Shown: piece after piece, positions 1 through 13,200 of the stretch
Layout: the number at the start of each line of letters is the position of its first letter
Position numbering within the stretch: position 1 is the first letter of the stretch
Origin: Macrostomum lignano
Taxonomy: Eukaryota
Assembly (NCBI GenBank): GCA_002269645.1
Contig: NIVC01001185.1
Location: forward strand, 248,001-312,000
DNA: 64,000 nucleotides
Direction of reading: 5' to 3'
Translations under genes and position numbers: made by a program
Notes under the pieces: generated by a model
Databases searched by the model: none
What the model was told of the DNA's origin: nothing
The model's input: the letters and a program-made list of their open reading frames with translations, nothing else

Positions 1-575
1 TGGACGGAGGAGTGCGAGCGAGGCCTGCAGAAGCTGAAAGCAGCGCTGACTTCCCCACCGGTGCTGCGGCTGCCTGATTTCTCCAAAGAGTTCCAGCTGA
101 CCTGCGACAGCAGCGGCGTGGCCATCGCCGGTGTCCTCAGTCAGCTCCACGAAGGTGTCGAGTGCCCGGTCGCCTACGCCTCGAGAGTGCTTAACAAGGC
201 CGAGCGCAACTATTCAACGACTCACAGGGAGCTGCTGGCGATCGTGTGGGCGATGATCGCCTGCGATGATCGGCGCTGGTCGCCTGCCTGGACCACCAGC
301 GTCATCCTTGACGCACAGCAGGCCGATGCGGTGCTGGCCGCCATTCGGAAGCTCTTGACAGGTCAGACACCGCGGCAAGGCAGGCCAGCGGTCGAGGCAG
401 CAGCAATCGTGGCGGCCGAACGGCTGGAGATCGACGACGGCGGCATCATCAGGCGCGGCGGCGAGCCAGTCATTCCGTTGCAGCTCCGTCAGGAGCTGCT
501 AAGGCTGGCGCACGATGACCCAGCGAGCGGACACCTCGGGCCCGAGCGAATTCTGGAAAGGATCGACGGCAAGGG
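1..575 (+). mobile_element. Ty3/Gypsy LTR retrotransposon pol relic (RT connection, N-half of RNase H, integrase Zn-finger start), internally deleted
   Basis: Frame 1 reads WTEECERGLQKLKAALTSPPVLRLPDFSKEFQLTCDSSGVAIAGVLSQ...PVAYASRVLNKAERNYSTTHRELLAIVWA, a classic Gypsy RT-RNase H segment. It then jumps to GEPVIPLQLRQELLRLAHDDPASGHLGPERILERI (H-H part of the integrase zinc finger). The TDH motif, the C-C half and the integrase core are absent. Confidence 0.9.
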
Positions 576-862
576 CTGGTTCTCACTCAATTTCATCTAT
601 ACGCCTTCCTTCGCCACGGCCTTAGGCCACGCCTCTGCCACTGTCAGCCACGCGACTCTACTACTTAACTATCGAACTTGTTGTTGCGTAGCCGCCAGTG
701 CACCGTTACGAATCCATCCTGTACCTTTGTTGACAATAAATCAAGTCTGCAGCCATTGATTGCATTAACATTAACTATAACTGATATTACGGCCAAGTGC
801 TACCGCTACAAATTTGCCTCTGCCGCATTCATTTGCCTTCGCTTATTCTCGAGGCCGCCACA
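576..862 (+). mobile_element. Probable 3' LTR remnant of the Gypsy relic
   Basis: Non-coding segment following pol, with AATAAA near 735 and ending in ...GCCGCCACA (CA terminus at 861-862), after which the sequence turns sharply AT-rich. No partner LTR lies in the window. Confidence 0.4.
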
Positions 863-2295
863 CTAGTATTCGTCACACAATCGTATCTTAGCTATGAAAA
901 GCTAGATAAAAAAGTACCTCATGGACGAATAAACTTAACATTATCGGCTACTCGTAAAGTACTAGGAATAATTGCTTCAATTTAGCTATTTCAACGATCG
1001 TTTCATTTTAACAAAGTTCCTCTTAGTCGGCACAGACAAGAAATAATTAAGAGATTTCATGTCAACTAGCAGTTTTATGGAAAATGAATTTAAATAAGTG
1101 GTTGAGAATCGGTTAGCTGAAGTACATTTCGAACTATAATCTAGCTAGCTATACATAAAATAACTATAGAGATCCCTGAGAGATCACAGATGGATATGAA
1201 TCTATCTAAATGTATAATAACAGCAGTATGTGGCAAACACTTTCTTCTTTTTTGACAGACTTTTTGGCAGGCAAAATGTTCCGAGAAGGAAATTATCGAT
1301 TTTAAAGAGCCCTCCATACAATAGTTTCAACTAGTATCGTAAAGACAGCTTTCCTGCTTTTATGTCAAAAATTTATTTAAGCGTTAATATTTACATGAAT
1401 AACTGCATTATAAAAAAATCTGACTCCTTCATTGGAAATGAAATGTTGAAAGATTGGTTAAATTACGCGTGAATTTTGTCACGGTACACTCCATCTTCAA
1501 CGTCACGGATCAGCGTATTTATTCGAGTACGAAATAAAAAGAGCAGCACGGGACTGCGTGCAGTGTGATGAGTGAGGCATGGCTCAAAAAAAGATAATTA
1601 CGCAAGTGTTCACGCGTGTACAATGTCTACATGTAGCTCAGGAACTATAGGATATACCATGCAGGCTTACAACTGCTTAGTTCATGTTGGGAACACTGCA
1701 ACGCCACCACTCTGAAATCGAATTATGACTTACTTTAATTAAAATCTTTAATAAAGCCATTAGTTAAGCTATTAATAAAGCCATTAGCCATTAAAATATA
1801 TGGACGTCAGACATCAGTCAAATTGTAACAGAAAACGAATTACTTTGTCAGTATCGTGGTCAAATAAAGTATGAGTCGCAAATTTTTTGCTTTTGACTGC
1901 ATGTTCATGATACTGGAGACGGGAAGAGAAGCAATTTGCCGGCAGAATTTTAGCCGCTCCTGTCTTTTCAATGTATTCTAAGTCATTGTATTCACACATT
2001 TTTTGTCAGGCCTGTCTATAGTATGAAACTCAAGGACGACTAAAGTAAAGTATATATATCTACTTAAGTAGTCCTTGATGACACTATTAAACACTTTTGC
2101 GAGCTAAAATAGCCCTAGAGCATCTTTGACATTGCAAAACACAGTGAAACTTAATCTTCAGTAAATCTTGCAGAATTCGTGAGTGCAGCGTCCGTCTACT
2201 TTATTTAGCATCTCTGGTTATAGATTAAACGTAAACCACGAACACCTTTGCCGTCGTGTACTATATTCATCATTTGTTGCGTATGGCGCCCCACT

Positions 2296-5200
2296 TCATT
2301 CGCTGGCCACGGCCGACTCCACCTCACGCATCAGCCGAAGACAGACGTCCTCGCGCCAAGGCAGGGCAGCGCACTGCACCGCGACGGGCAGACCGAGCGA
2401 ACCTTCCCAGGCTGGTCCATCCGACGATAGTTGCAATGCGTCCAAATCTGACTGCGTCACCCGGGTCACGGGCAGCACACCAGCTGGCAGACTGAACAGA
2501 TTAAACAGCACATTGTAGGCCAGGCACGGCAGCATCACCGTCTGATCATCAACTGGCGGCGCCGGGGTCGCGTTGCCCGGACAGAGCACCGCGTCAAAGC
2601 CGCATCGCTGCCAGTCGGCCAGAAACTCGGTTCGCCGGTCGAGAACTCGTTGTGACAGAGCCCAAAGATCGTAAACCGAGCCAACTCCGGCGAGGCAATC
2701 AACCGCCAGAGCGACTTCCGGGTCGCCTAGCAACCGGATTAATCGAGAGAGGCCACGACGAAGCGACGCTGGGACGAGCAAAACGCTGGCAAATTTTGCT
2801 ACTGACGCAGATTTAACGTCGTGACGTATCTGGTCCGCCATGTAGCGGCCAGCGTCGGACCAAATGCAGCGGGCGTACGTCTCAACGATGGGAAATCCCT
2901 CGGCTGAAAAGCTGGGCGGCAGCGTCCAGGGGACCAGGCGGTGGCCTCGTGCGGCCAAGCGGTCTCTGTTGAAATTTTAATAATCGAATATAATGATAAC
3001 GAGGTTTCTAGGATATTGGGTTGAAGTTGTTCTACTTGCGATGCATGTATTTAAAGAGCTCAATAGTCTAAAAGCCAGTTATCAAAGTATGTCAACTTAA
3101 GCACTGGAATGGAGCTCATAAGTCCCAGTCTCTAAACTTCATAAACTGACTAGTTTGTGTTTAAAAACTAACTGACCTGGCCAGAAGCACCGCCCGCTCC
3201 ATGCACGGCGCTGCCCGCAGCTGCCCATTGGACACCATGTAGCCGATGGTCATCTTGGCTTCTACAGCCGTCGCCGCCTCCAGCTCCAGCGCCATGGGTG
3301 GCACTGTTGGATCGGTGAGTTCTGCCGGGAGCGGCATCGGCGGCTCCAGTAGGCACTCCAGCAGCAGAGCCAGCGAATCAACATCCGGAGCCATGGGTCC
3401 CCAGGCCGGTTCCACCAGACGCTGTGGCCCGGTGCCGCGCATGCCCAGTCGGCTCAGGCGGCCGCCGGTGACCTTCAGGCTAGCGACGCCGCACCAGGCG
3501 GCCGGAGTGCGCACGCTGCCCCCAATGTCCGTGCCCAGGCCCAGCGGCGAGCCGCCGGCCGCGATTAGGGCGCCCTCGCCGGAGCTGCTACCGCCTGGAC
3601 AGCGGCTCCGGTTGGCTGGATTCAGCACCGTGCCATCAATTGGGTTGCTGCTGAGCACCTGTATGAAGTTTGATGCGATATTTAGGCCGATGGTAGTAAT
3701 TCTAACGCGTCAAAGCTATAAAAAAAGACCATTATTCCTCATCCTAGGGCTTCCAATATTAATATATTGCTGGAATGCGATTTTTTAATGGAAGTTAATT
3801 TAAAACTTTTGTTAAAGCATTTGAAAAAAAAATTAATTAAAGCAAGAAATTGCAGAAGTAGTGTGTACTTTAAGCGGACTTTAGTGTGGAATGCACCGGA
3901 AATCGGATGGGGCTCTACCGCGGACAGTCTTGGCATGAGGAAGCTTTCCAGACAAATTATTTTCGACCGAGATTACATCCGGTACCCTGCTCAGACCGCG
4001 AGACAGCCAAATGTCAAATACTGTCAAATGTCAAATACTGTCAAATGTCAAATACAGTCAAATGTCAACTACTGTCAAATGTCAAATACAGTCAAATGTC
4101 AAATACAGTCAAATGTCAAATACAGTCAAATGTCAAATACAGTCAAATGTCAAATACAGTCAAATGTCAAATACAGTCCAATGTCAAATACTGTCAAATG
4201 TCCAATACAGTCAAATGTCAACTACAGTCAAATGTCAACTACAGTCAAATGTCAAATACAGTCTACACCGTAAAATCCCACGCTCTACCCCAGTTTGCGA
4301 CTCACCGACAGCATCGTCTGCGGCACGACAGTCCGCACGAACGGCACCCCGCCAAGCGCTTTGATCTGCCGCATTGGCAGGCAGTCTGCCTCGGCCGGTT
4401 GGCCGACAAACACCGAGCAGCCAACGCAGGCGTCCCTGCCGGCCATGACGAAATTCTCCTTGACGCTCACCGGCAGACCTTTCAACGGGCCGGCCAGGTT
4501 CACCTCGGACAGGTCCGGATGCAGGAACTCGGCCACGCAGTTCAGGCTCTGGTCCGCTCGATAGGCGCGGCGCTGATAAGCTAGCAGGACTCGGTCCTGA
4601 CCGAGCCGACCGTCGCGCAGTGCGGCGACGAGCTGGCGAGCTGTAAGGGCCGCTATCTCGGCCTCTTCAGCATCGGACATTGTCTGGCTTGCCAGGTAGG
4701 CGCCAAACTCGGCCTTGGCTCGACGACGTTCGGCGCGTTTCGCATTCAGAGCGGCGCGTAAGCGACGTCGTCGGCGACAGTCGTTTAGAAGTCGACGCCC
4801 GAGCAGAGCGATGAGAAGGCCGCCGCCTGCAGTTGCAGCGATTGCTACCGCGGCAGCGACCTTCGAGTTGATGGACAACGACGGCAGGTTTTGGTGAATG
4901 CGGCGAGCAAAGGGCAGCGAGGTGAGCACGGCGGCTGCGGAGACGGCGAGATAGCGCGGCTGCTGGTGCTGATCGATTTCTGCACACGCCGATGCAAGGA
5001 TGCGATAGTTATTGTTGCTCACTCATTCACTCACTCACTCACTCACTCACTCACTCACTTACTCACTCATTCACTCACTCACTCACTCACTCACTCACTC
5101 ACTCACTCACTCACTCACTCACTCACTCACTCACTCACTCACTCACTCACTCACTCACTCACTCACTCACTCACTCACTCACTCACTCACTCACTCACTC

Positions 5201-5369
5201 ACTCACTCACTCACTCACTCACTCACTCACTCACTCACTCACTCACTCACTCACTCACTCACTCACTCACTCACTCACTCACTCACTCACTCACTTACAA
5301 AGTCATAAAAGCAACATATGAATTGACTCAGTTAATGCTAATATGAATATCTTTTTACTCACCGGGCAT
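2296..5369 (-). CDS. FAAH: Fatty acid amide hydrolase-like amidase (amidase signature family), 4 exons, ~610 aa
   Basis: Predicted exons 5369-5363, 4979-4306, 3658-3177, 2965-2296; all GT-AG, phases agree, total 1833 nt. N-terminal hydrophobic segment, GLPVSVKEN (catalytic Lys), PGGSSSGEG (cis-Ser), GTDIGGSVRTPA (nucleophile Ser), and C-terminal GLPVAVQC...WREDVCLRLM. The 7-nt first exon is the least certain part. Confidence 0.92.
4005..4265. repeat. 17-bp minisatellite (CAAATGTCAAATACAGT) in FAAH intron 2
   Basis: About 15 tandem copies visible; explains the overlapping repetitive ORFs. Confidence 0.95.
5021..5295. repeat. (CACT)n microsatellite in FAAH intron 1
   Basis: Nearly pure tetranucleotide run. 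Confidence 0.98.
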
Positions 5370-6549
5370 TTCGCGTTTTGGCTTCAAAATTATTGTTGTG
5401 CTCAAACGGCTGATGCGAAATGGATTGTTAAGCTCTCCGAGGGTTTTCAACAATGGCAGCGCGTATTTATGTTGCAGAGCAAGACTGTTTTGCACTTGGC
5501 CATGCGGCTTTATAAATAGAGACTGTACATTTGAGCCCCATAAATAAGCAGTGTATAGCAGTTGAAATGACACAAAATGTGGCTAAATTCACGATAAGAA
5601 ACACACCTGGACACTCCCCCGTACCATGCGCATGGACAGCTGAATTGGAAGAAAGCATTCTTATTTCTTAGAAATGAGTTCGGAGAGCAAACGCATAGCG
5701 ATGAATGGGGTTTTACCATAGACCAATTTAGTTGAGGAAAATCTACGTTTGAAGTATTCGATTGGACAAAGAAACTCTATAATTACCATCTGGAGTGGAA
5801 AGAGAAAATGCTAAAATTTAATTCTCTACGAGAACACGTGAGGCCAGCATTTTTTGCGTGTCATTTCATTCGTATCAACGTTTCTTGTTGAAAAATTTCT
5901 TATAAATGTACCCAAAATTGTTTTGTTAGTTTTGAATCCAGGTTTTCTACTCAAAACTAGTTTCCAGTCCAGGTACTAGTTATAGAACTCCCCTTTGTTT
6001 AAAGTGACTTCCCGTTTTCGCAGCCACTATAAAGTCACTTTCCAGAAGTGGTTATTGCCATAGATTTATATTTTTCGGAATTTAAGAAACCTTACCAGAC
6101 TCCATGCCATTTCTAAGAAATTAAGTGTAGGGACTTCTACTTCAGCTGTCCATGACCATGACATGAACTTACTATTAAGGCCTCAGTGACCTAGCAAGTT
6201 ATAACGTGCAATTATTATCAAATTCAACTGCTAGTTTACCACAGGTTGGTTGCACTCGAAAATTCTGTGAAGTAGCAAGGTACAAAACATATCAACCAAC
6301 TAGTGAGAACACTTATGCGACACGTAGTCTAATTAAAGAGCTAATTCCCTTTCGAAGACCTAGTTTTACTTCGAAGCGCATTAGCGAAATTGAAAATTAT
6401 CAGTTCTTACGTGGAACAAAAAAGCCGGTTTTGAAAAAAAGTTGAAATTTCATAGTAAAGCGCCTGCATTTGACTGCAGTTTAGAGGCTGGAATGAAAGC
6501 TCACCCTTTTTATTGCTTTCACTGTGCATCTCGAGGAACAGTGCCGTAT

Positions 6550-7080
6550 TGTAGGTCACTGACCCATTTGTGTCGTATTGGTACCGGTATATCACTGACT
6601 CACCTGTGTCTGTTTGGCAGGTCACTGACTCACCTGTGTCTGCTTGGCAGGTCACTGACTCACCTGTGTCTGTTTGGCAGGTCACTGACTCACCTGTGTC
6701 TGCTTGGCAGGTCACTGACTCACCTGTGTCTGCTTGGCAGGTCACTGACTCACCTGTGTCTGCTTGGCAGGTCACTGACTCACCTGTGTCTGTTTGGCAG
6801 GTCACTGACTCACCTGTGTCTGTTTGGCAGGTCACTGAGTCATTTGTGTCTGTTTGGCAGGTCACTGACTCATCTGTGTCTGTTTGGCAGGTCACTGACT
6901 CATCTGTGTCTGCTTGGCAGGTCACTGACTCATCTGTGTCTGCTTGGCAGGTCACTGACTCACCTGTGTCCGTTTGGCAGGTCACTGACTCATCTGTGTC
7001 TGTTTGGCAGGTCACTGACTCATCTGTGTCTGTTTGGCAGGTCACTGACTCATCTGTGTCTTTTCCTAGGCCACTGACCC
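6550..7080. repeat. 30-bp minisatellite (GTCACTGACTCACCTGTGTCTGTTTGGCAG)
   Basis: About 17 tandem copies with 10-aa periodicity in the ORF track. Confidence 0.95.
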
Positions 7081-7709
7081 ATTTGATCAGATTGAATTCA
7101 GATATTTTTTCTTTGAATATATGTTTCGATTTTTCAGCTCGGCTCAAAGCTTCATTATTTTATCCTTCGCTCTGGTGAGCAGCCAAACGACCACTTTGAA
7201 AGTGTAGCCATGGTAAAAGAAGCTGGCATATTGAATTACTTTCTACTGTACCTTCGCTACGTCGATATCTTCATCATTCTTCTAATCTGTAATCCGAGTG
7301 AGGTTCGCAAGCTGCTTAGCTTGAGCTTCAGATCCGGGATCTGCCCCGGATAGCAATCGCCGCCGCCCCCAACGAGCCCAAGACCCCGAGCGAGGCCCTC
7401 GGTGTCGGGTCTCAAAGCGGTTGGCTCGTTTGAATTGAAACCGCATGTATCCATCGAAAAGAGATTCCTAAATACTATCAAGCTACATATACAGGTTGAG
7501 CCCAGTCATCTCTGGTTTCCGATGGGGTTAAATGATCTGCATTTTTAGCTGAAATAAGATTAATTTGCTTCTTGGGCTAATTTTCCAGCCTGCCGATGCT
7601 ACGACCAGTGCAAATTTCAGTGTCTTTGACTGTGCAAGACTGCTCATGGTGGCATGAGCAGCAAGGATTGAAAAAGAATACTATTGTCAGTTCAGAAAAC
7701 CTTTTTGGT

Positions 7710-8015
7710 TGGTCACTGACCCATCTGTGTCTATTTCTAGGTCACTGACCCATCAGTGCCATCAGTGTATTTTCCTAGGTCATTGACCCATCAGTGTCTT
7801 CCTAGGTCACTGATCCATCAGTGTCTTTGCCTAGATCACTGACCCATCTATGTCTATTTCTAGGTCACTGCCCCATCTGTGTCTATTTCTAGGTCACTTC
7901 CCCATCTGTGTCTATCTCTAGGTCACTGCCCCATCTGTGTCTATTTCTAGGTCACTTCCCCATCTGTGTCTATCTCTAGGTCACTGCCCCATCTGTGTCT
8001 ATTTCTAGGTCACTG
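7710..8015. repeat. ~29-bp minisatellite (GGTCACTGACCCATCTGTGTCTATTTCTA), same family as the 6550-7080 array
   Basis: Shared GTCACTGAC.CA.CTGTGTC core in about 10 copies. Confidence 0.9.
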
Positions 8016-8185
8016 ACAGAGGAGAGGAGAGCAGGGAGGAGAGAGGAGATGAGGTGGAGAAAGAAGAGGAGAGGAGAAGAGAGAATAGAAGAGAAGTGAG
8101 GAGAGAAGAGTAAGAAGAGGGGAGAGGAGAGGAGAGGATAGAAGAGGAGAAAAACAAGACGAGAGGAGAGATTCGACAAGGGAGC
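8015..8185. repeat. GA-rich low-complexity tract
   Basis: GAGAG/GAGGA runs. Confidence 0.9.
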
Positions 8186-8234
8186 TGAGAAGACACAAAC
8201 ATCGAACGGGCCGGATTGCTATTGTGAAGTTTCA

Positions 8235-8348
8235 AAGGACCCGAGGACCGGAGTTTACCGCGTCCGTCACGTCACAGTCGATGCGAGCTTGCGCGGAATC
8301 GAACCCATGGTCGTTAGCGCGGGAGTTAGACGCTGAGCTACTCTGCTA
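8235..8348 (-). mobile_element. tRNA-derived SINE-like head
   Basis: Minus strand reads GCAGAGTAGCTCAGCG (Pol III A-box-like) ... GGGTTCGATTCC (B-box) with no intact cloverleaf. Confidence 0.55.
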
Positions 8349-10250
8349 AAATTTGCATTGTACATTTTCAGAAATTGGATGATAAAAATTTTCGTCCCCA
8401 GACTAGCAATCCAGATAGTATATATTATCCTTGGTTGATCTCATCAGCAAAGTTATTGCTATGTCTTTAGAAGATCGAGCACGCATTTTGAGGGAGCTAT
8501 TTATATAAATCCCAAAGGGCCGAAAGCTTTATAAAAGGGTTATAAAAGGTTTATTATAACGGATTGATAAAAATAGTTCCCCAAAACACATGTTCTATCT
8601 CATGTACTGTAAAACCTAGACAACGATTTTCCAGAGAGATATTGAGTATAGTCGATAAAATCCCTTAAATGGATATGTCTAGGAAAACGTCACATTTAAA
8701 AGGATTCGTCCTTGCTGAATTTTATCTGCAGTGAAAGTCCTTACGAAAAAAACCCCGAGAAAACAACTTCTCGCAAGAAAATTTTAAATCAATCTGGAAC
8801 AGAACGCGTACCTGCTTTGCAATTCTTACAGAAAATATTAGCAAAAAAAGCGTTCTTTCACTTTGATTGTCTTGGTCGACAGCCCCCCCCCCGGACAAAT
8901 GACGAAGTCCCGAATCTGATATAGGCGGGAGAATCGGAAGCATGCATGGACCATGAGAACGTAGAAAATATCAATCCATTTTTACAAAACTTCGGGCAAC
9001 ACAAGACTGACTCATCGTATCTCCCTCCCTCTCTCTCGCTTCTTTGCTTTGTCTCCACGGTGCAGAAATGTGAGGTTTCCAATCGTCTTTCGATCCGTTT
9101 TTTCTCTTCCTTTTCTGCTCCCGAGCAGCCAATCAGGGCCCGAGAAGTGCAGCATCCAAGCCACTCCACTGTGGCATAAATTCCACACTTTCTGTCCGAG
9201 AAGACTTTGAACACTTTGCGATAGCTGCTTTGTTTGCTCAATTTTTTGGACAGCCATCGATTCATAAAATAAAGTGAGTCAATTTTTGGTTCTTTGGTAC
9301 CTTGATTACTTTTTTCTTACCATGTCCTTGAAGACGTCAGACTCCTTTCGCGTACTAATTATAAATTATTCATCTTTTTCTACTTAAAACGTGTTAGTAA
9401 ATGGACTTTTGACAGCGAGACCTAAGAGACACTAGGAGATTTTCCCGTGTATTTACCAGAGTTACTAGTAAACACAGTACGCTCGTACTTAATAGATCAT
9501 TGTCAAAGTGTAATTGTGTTTTATAAAATTAAATCGTAGAAGTCATTGTTGGTGTGTAGCTAGCCCTTCAACTGCAATTGTGCATTAGCTCGTATTGTCA
9601 AATCGATTTCCCGGGCTAAAAGGTTTTCCATTATTGACTAATGAGACTGCAGAAAATATCTTTGCAGAAAATAGGATTTCATCAATAATTAAGCCAGGGA
9701 TAAGTAGAATTTCGGCAGCGGCCATGTCTGATTGCTCAAGACAAAAGAGTCAGAAAAAAAACTGCTACCAACTTCAAAAGAACCGGTACGAATTGATTAA
9801 TTTTTTAGTCAGATTAATCTGACTTTCATGTCAGGCAGAGAAATCCGTTCGAATGAAACTCAAGTTTTATAGGCATTATACTCTAAGGCTATCATTTTAG
9901 CGAAATAGCTGGTACAGACAGACTGCATCGCTATATTGAAGCATCATCTTAGAGTAACGCTGAGATTTGCATCTGATTTCGTGTACATGCCTGACGATTA
10001 ATTAGGAAGTCAGTGTAAGCGTGTGTATGTGCTCAAGAGTCTGAACTGCCTCAGCGTTGTAGTTGGGAAGATATCGCCAAAGGCGTTTGCGCCAGGGTTT
10101 GATTCAGAGCTTATCACGGATGTTTTAGAGGCGTTCGATTGTTTCCTTTTTAAGTGAATTATTTATGCATGTAAATAATTTACTTTCGAATCTCCCGTGT
10201 TGCCCAACTATCTATATAAACTGCTGCCCTTCCAGACTCCGAGAACCAGC

Positions 10251-13200
10251 ATGCTCAGAAACAGCAGCTTGGACGGCCCGCCTCCAGATTCAGAAGCCAA
10301 CATCAGCTGCATCAGCTACAAATCCCAGGTTGGAACCCCCGAGGTTTTCAACATATCGTTGCAGATATTTATCTTCGCATTCGGCCTGATTGGCAACGCT
10401 GGCCTCCTGTGCGTGGTTGCCACCCGGCGAAGTTTGCGCACGACGCCAAACCTTTTCATCACCAATTTGGCCATCGCTGACTGCGTCTACCTGCTGCTAT
10501 TTATTCCCTGCAATATAATTAGCACCTTCGGCATTGAACTGCCGCTGTTCTTCTGCAAGGTGCTGTACTTCTGCAGATTTCTCACTTTAGGCGTGTCCGT
10601 GTTCACCCTGCTAGCTATGGCAATTGACAGGTAAGGAAATGAAATCTGGTGTCAGGCAACTACTCAATACTAGGGACTACTATGAACCCAAGAAGCCTTT
10701 GTTATGAATAGAGACCCATTGTCTTCTTGGAAGCCTCTGATTCCACTAAGGATATCCATGGAGTCGTACAATAGTATACTCTCTTTGGAGGCGTCGCCAA
10801 AGACGTGTACCTTGAGTAATTTGATAATGTCCTGAGAAAGTATAAACTTATAAGTCAAGTCCGACTCTATAGCTGCTACTTATGAAATAGTTTTTTTGCA
10901 AAAATTAATTCATTGCTGTGACATGCATATGCGCGTAGCGGAGGAGTAAATGTTTGGCTAAATCGCCAATGAACATTTCATCTCCCACTCTAGCTACGCT
11001 ATAGTAATTTAATTATTGAAAGATCCACTATGTCCAATAAGCGTGCTGTATGGCATTAAGATAATTAGAGGTAATTAGACTTAATTAGGCTATTAGTTCC
11101 AGGAGCTTTGATCGACTTGCCGTCAATTGGTGCCTCGGGTGTGTGATTCGCGACGGAACTTGGTCAGGAAAGTCAGCAGAGAGGACCTGCATCGAACTCC
11201 ATCCCGAAACCATTTCCTGTATTCAAGAGGACGACTTAAAAATCTTTGTATTTTAATTGCATTAGCTGAAAAACTGCAGTCGTCAGTTTGCAAGCACTCT
11301 TAGCCGGGAAAAATCGAGTCAGGCCCTCAAGTTTCTTGTTCAAACAGGACAAAACTACATCCTTTTCAAAAGGCTTTTCTCACGCGCATCTACTCCCACC
11401 TCAAGCACCTCTTCTATTTCATTTCCTTTCTCCTATATCTGGCTAATTCCCTTCTTACTTAGGGAAAACTTAAGTGCCAATAAGAACGACTGTCCGTCAA
11501 TCTTCGAATTACATTTTGTAGAACCAGGAAATGAATGCTATCTGAAAGGAGTACATTTAGAAATTCTGAAATGTAATCCACTTTGTTTGTGCGCCTCGTC
11601 TATTCCGCCAGTGTTAAATGAGCGGTGATAACCAGTACGAGTAGCGTAACTCTGCTACCATAGACAAACCAACGAGATGGATAGACATGGATAGCGGAGA
11701 TAACCCAATATCTCCACCGGAGTGCCGTGGATTAAATTGAACTATGGAGTTTTTATTTCATGGTTTCATAAGACCATTAGGCTTTGTTACAGTCAACGCT
11801 GTCTATGGTAAGAGAACGGCCTGTTCTCCACTTCAGTTCTTAGCCATATCAATTGATTTCGGGAACTGTCTATGGCAAAGTCTACCGTAGCCCATATATT
11901 AAAAATCCATGTAGCTGTTAACGTAAGCATGTGCATTTTTAAAGTGCAGCCGCTTTCCTTTCCCTGTGATATTCTTCAATAGCTTTTTTGCGATATTCAC
12001 TGATATGATTTGAATCTTCTGACTGCTGTGATGGTAAAATTTCAGCATATCTTTGGGTGGAAAGGCTCTGATTTCAAGTGGCAGACTGGGCATTCTCTTA
12101 CTAAATATTCGCAGCAGGGCTCTGGACTCTGCGTATATGCAGGCACGCACTCATATACACGCTCACACAGGGTGCAACAGCGGCTCTTTTGACTTTCTAA
12201 TCGTCATGTTCACTCTCTGTGCCTTGGGGGCTAGCCTTCGTGGCTGTGCCGTTTAGCTGCCTAGTCAGCTGCCTTTTACCCCTAAGCTGCTTAAAACTCA
12301 TTATCTTATCTTGAATTTGAAATCACGGACGGGATTCACACCATCGAGACGCTATGTTACACACTGACATTCAAGGTGCTTCAAAATTAATTCATAATTA
12401 CTATAATATTTCAGATCCCTGGCAATCACTCGACCTCTGTCGGCTTTGAAAAGTTCTCGACCAAGTCGAGCGCCAAAGATTGGCTTGGTTGTCATCTGGG
12501 TGCTGGCAGGTAAGATATTAAGAAATGTCAAACTGATCATAAACTGCAGATTTGCCAAGCTAAAAGTGACCCTGGGATTTCAGTTTATCTACGGCACAGC
12601 TTCGTATTTGATGCAACTTTTATATACTCGTAGGTATGGAAATTATCAGATGAAGAATATTTTATCAGTTCAAACTTTTCCACTTGCTACTTCTAGGACA
12701 AAGGTCGGCTAACTCCAGCCCGCAGGCCACATGCGGCCGGCAAAGATTCTTTATCCAGCCCTCGGGTCCTTTGAAACTTCTCTGCTCTCCTCTCCTCTCG
12801 CTTCTCTATGGTCCATCTATCCTCTCTCTAGCTCCTCGCTTCTCCATACTCTACTCTCTCCTCTCTCTAACTCCTCGATTCTCCATACTCTACTCTCTCC
12901 TCTCTCTAGCTTCTCGCTTCTCCATACTCTACTCTCTCCTCTCTCTAACTCCTCGCTTCTCCATACTCTACTCTCTCCTCTCTCTAACTCCTCGCTTCTC
13001 CATACTCTACTCTCTCCTCTCTCTAACTCCTCGCTTCTCCATACTCTACTCTCTCCTCTCTCTAGCTTCTCGCTTCTCCATACTCTACTCTCTCCTCTCT
13101 CTAACTCCTCGCTTCTCCATACTCTACTCTCTCCTCTCTCTAGCTTCTCGCTTCTCCATACTCTACTCTCCCCTCTTTCCTCTCCTCTTTGCTATCTCTT

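Noticed and set aside
3767-8235. Repetitive ORFs over the 17-bp, 4-bp, 30-bp and GA-rich arrays
   Set aside because: Frame-independent periodic peptides inside introns or intergenic tandem repeats.
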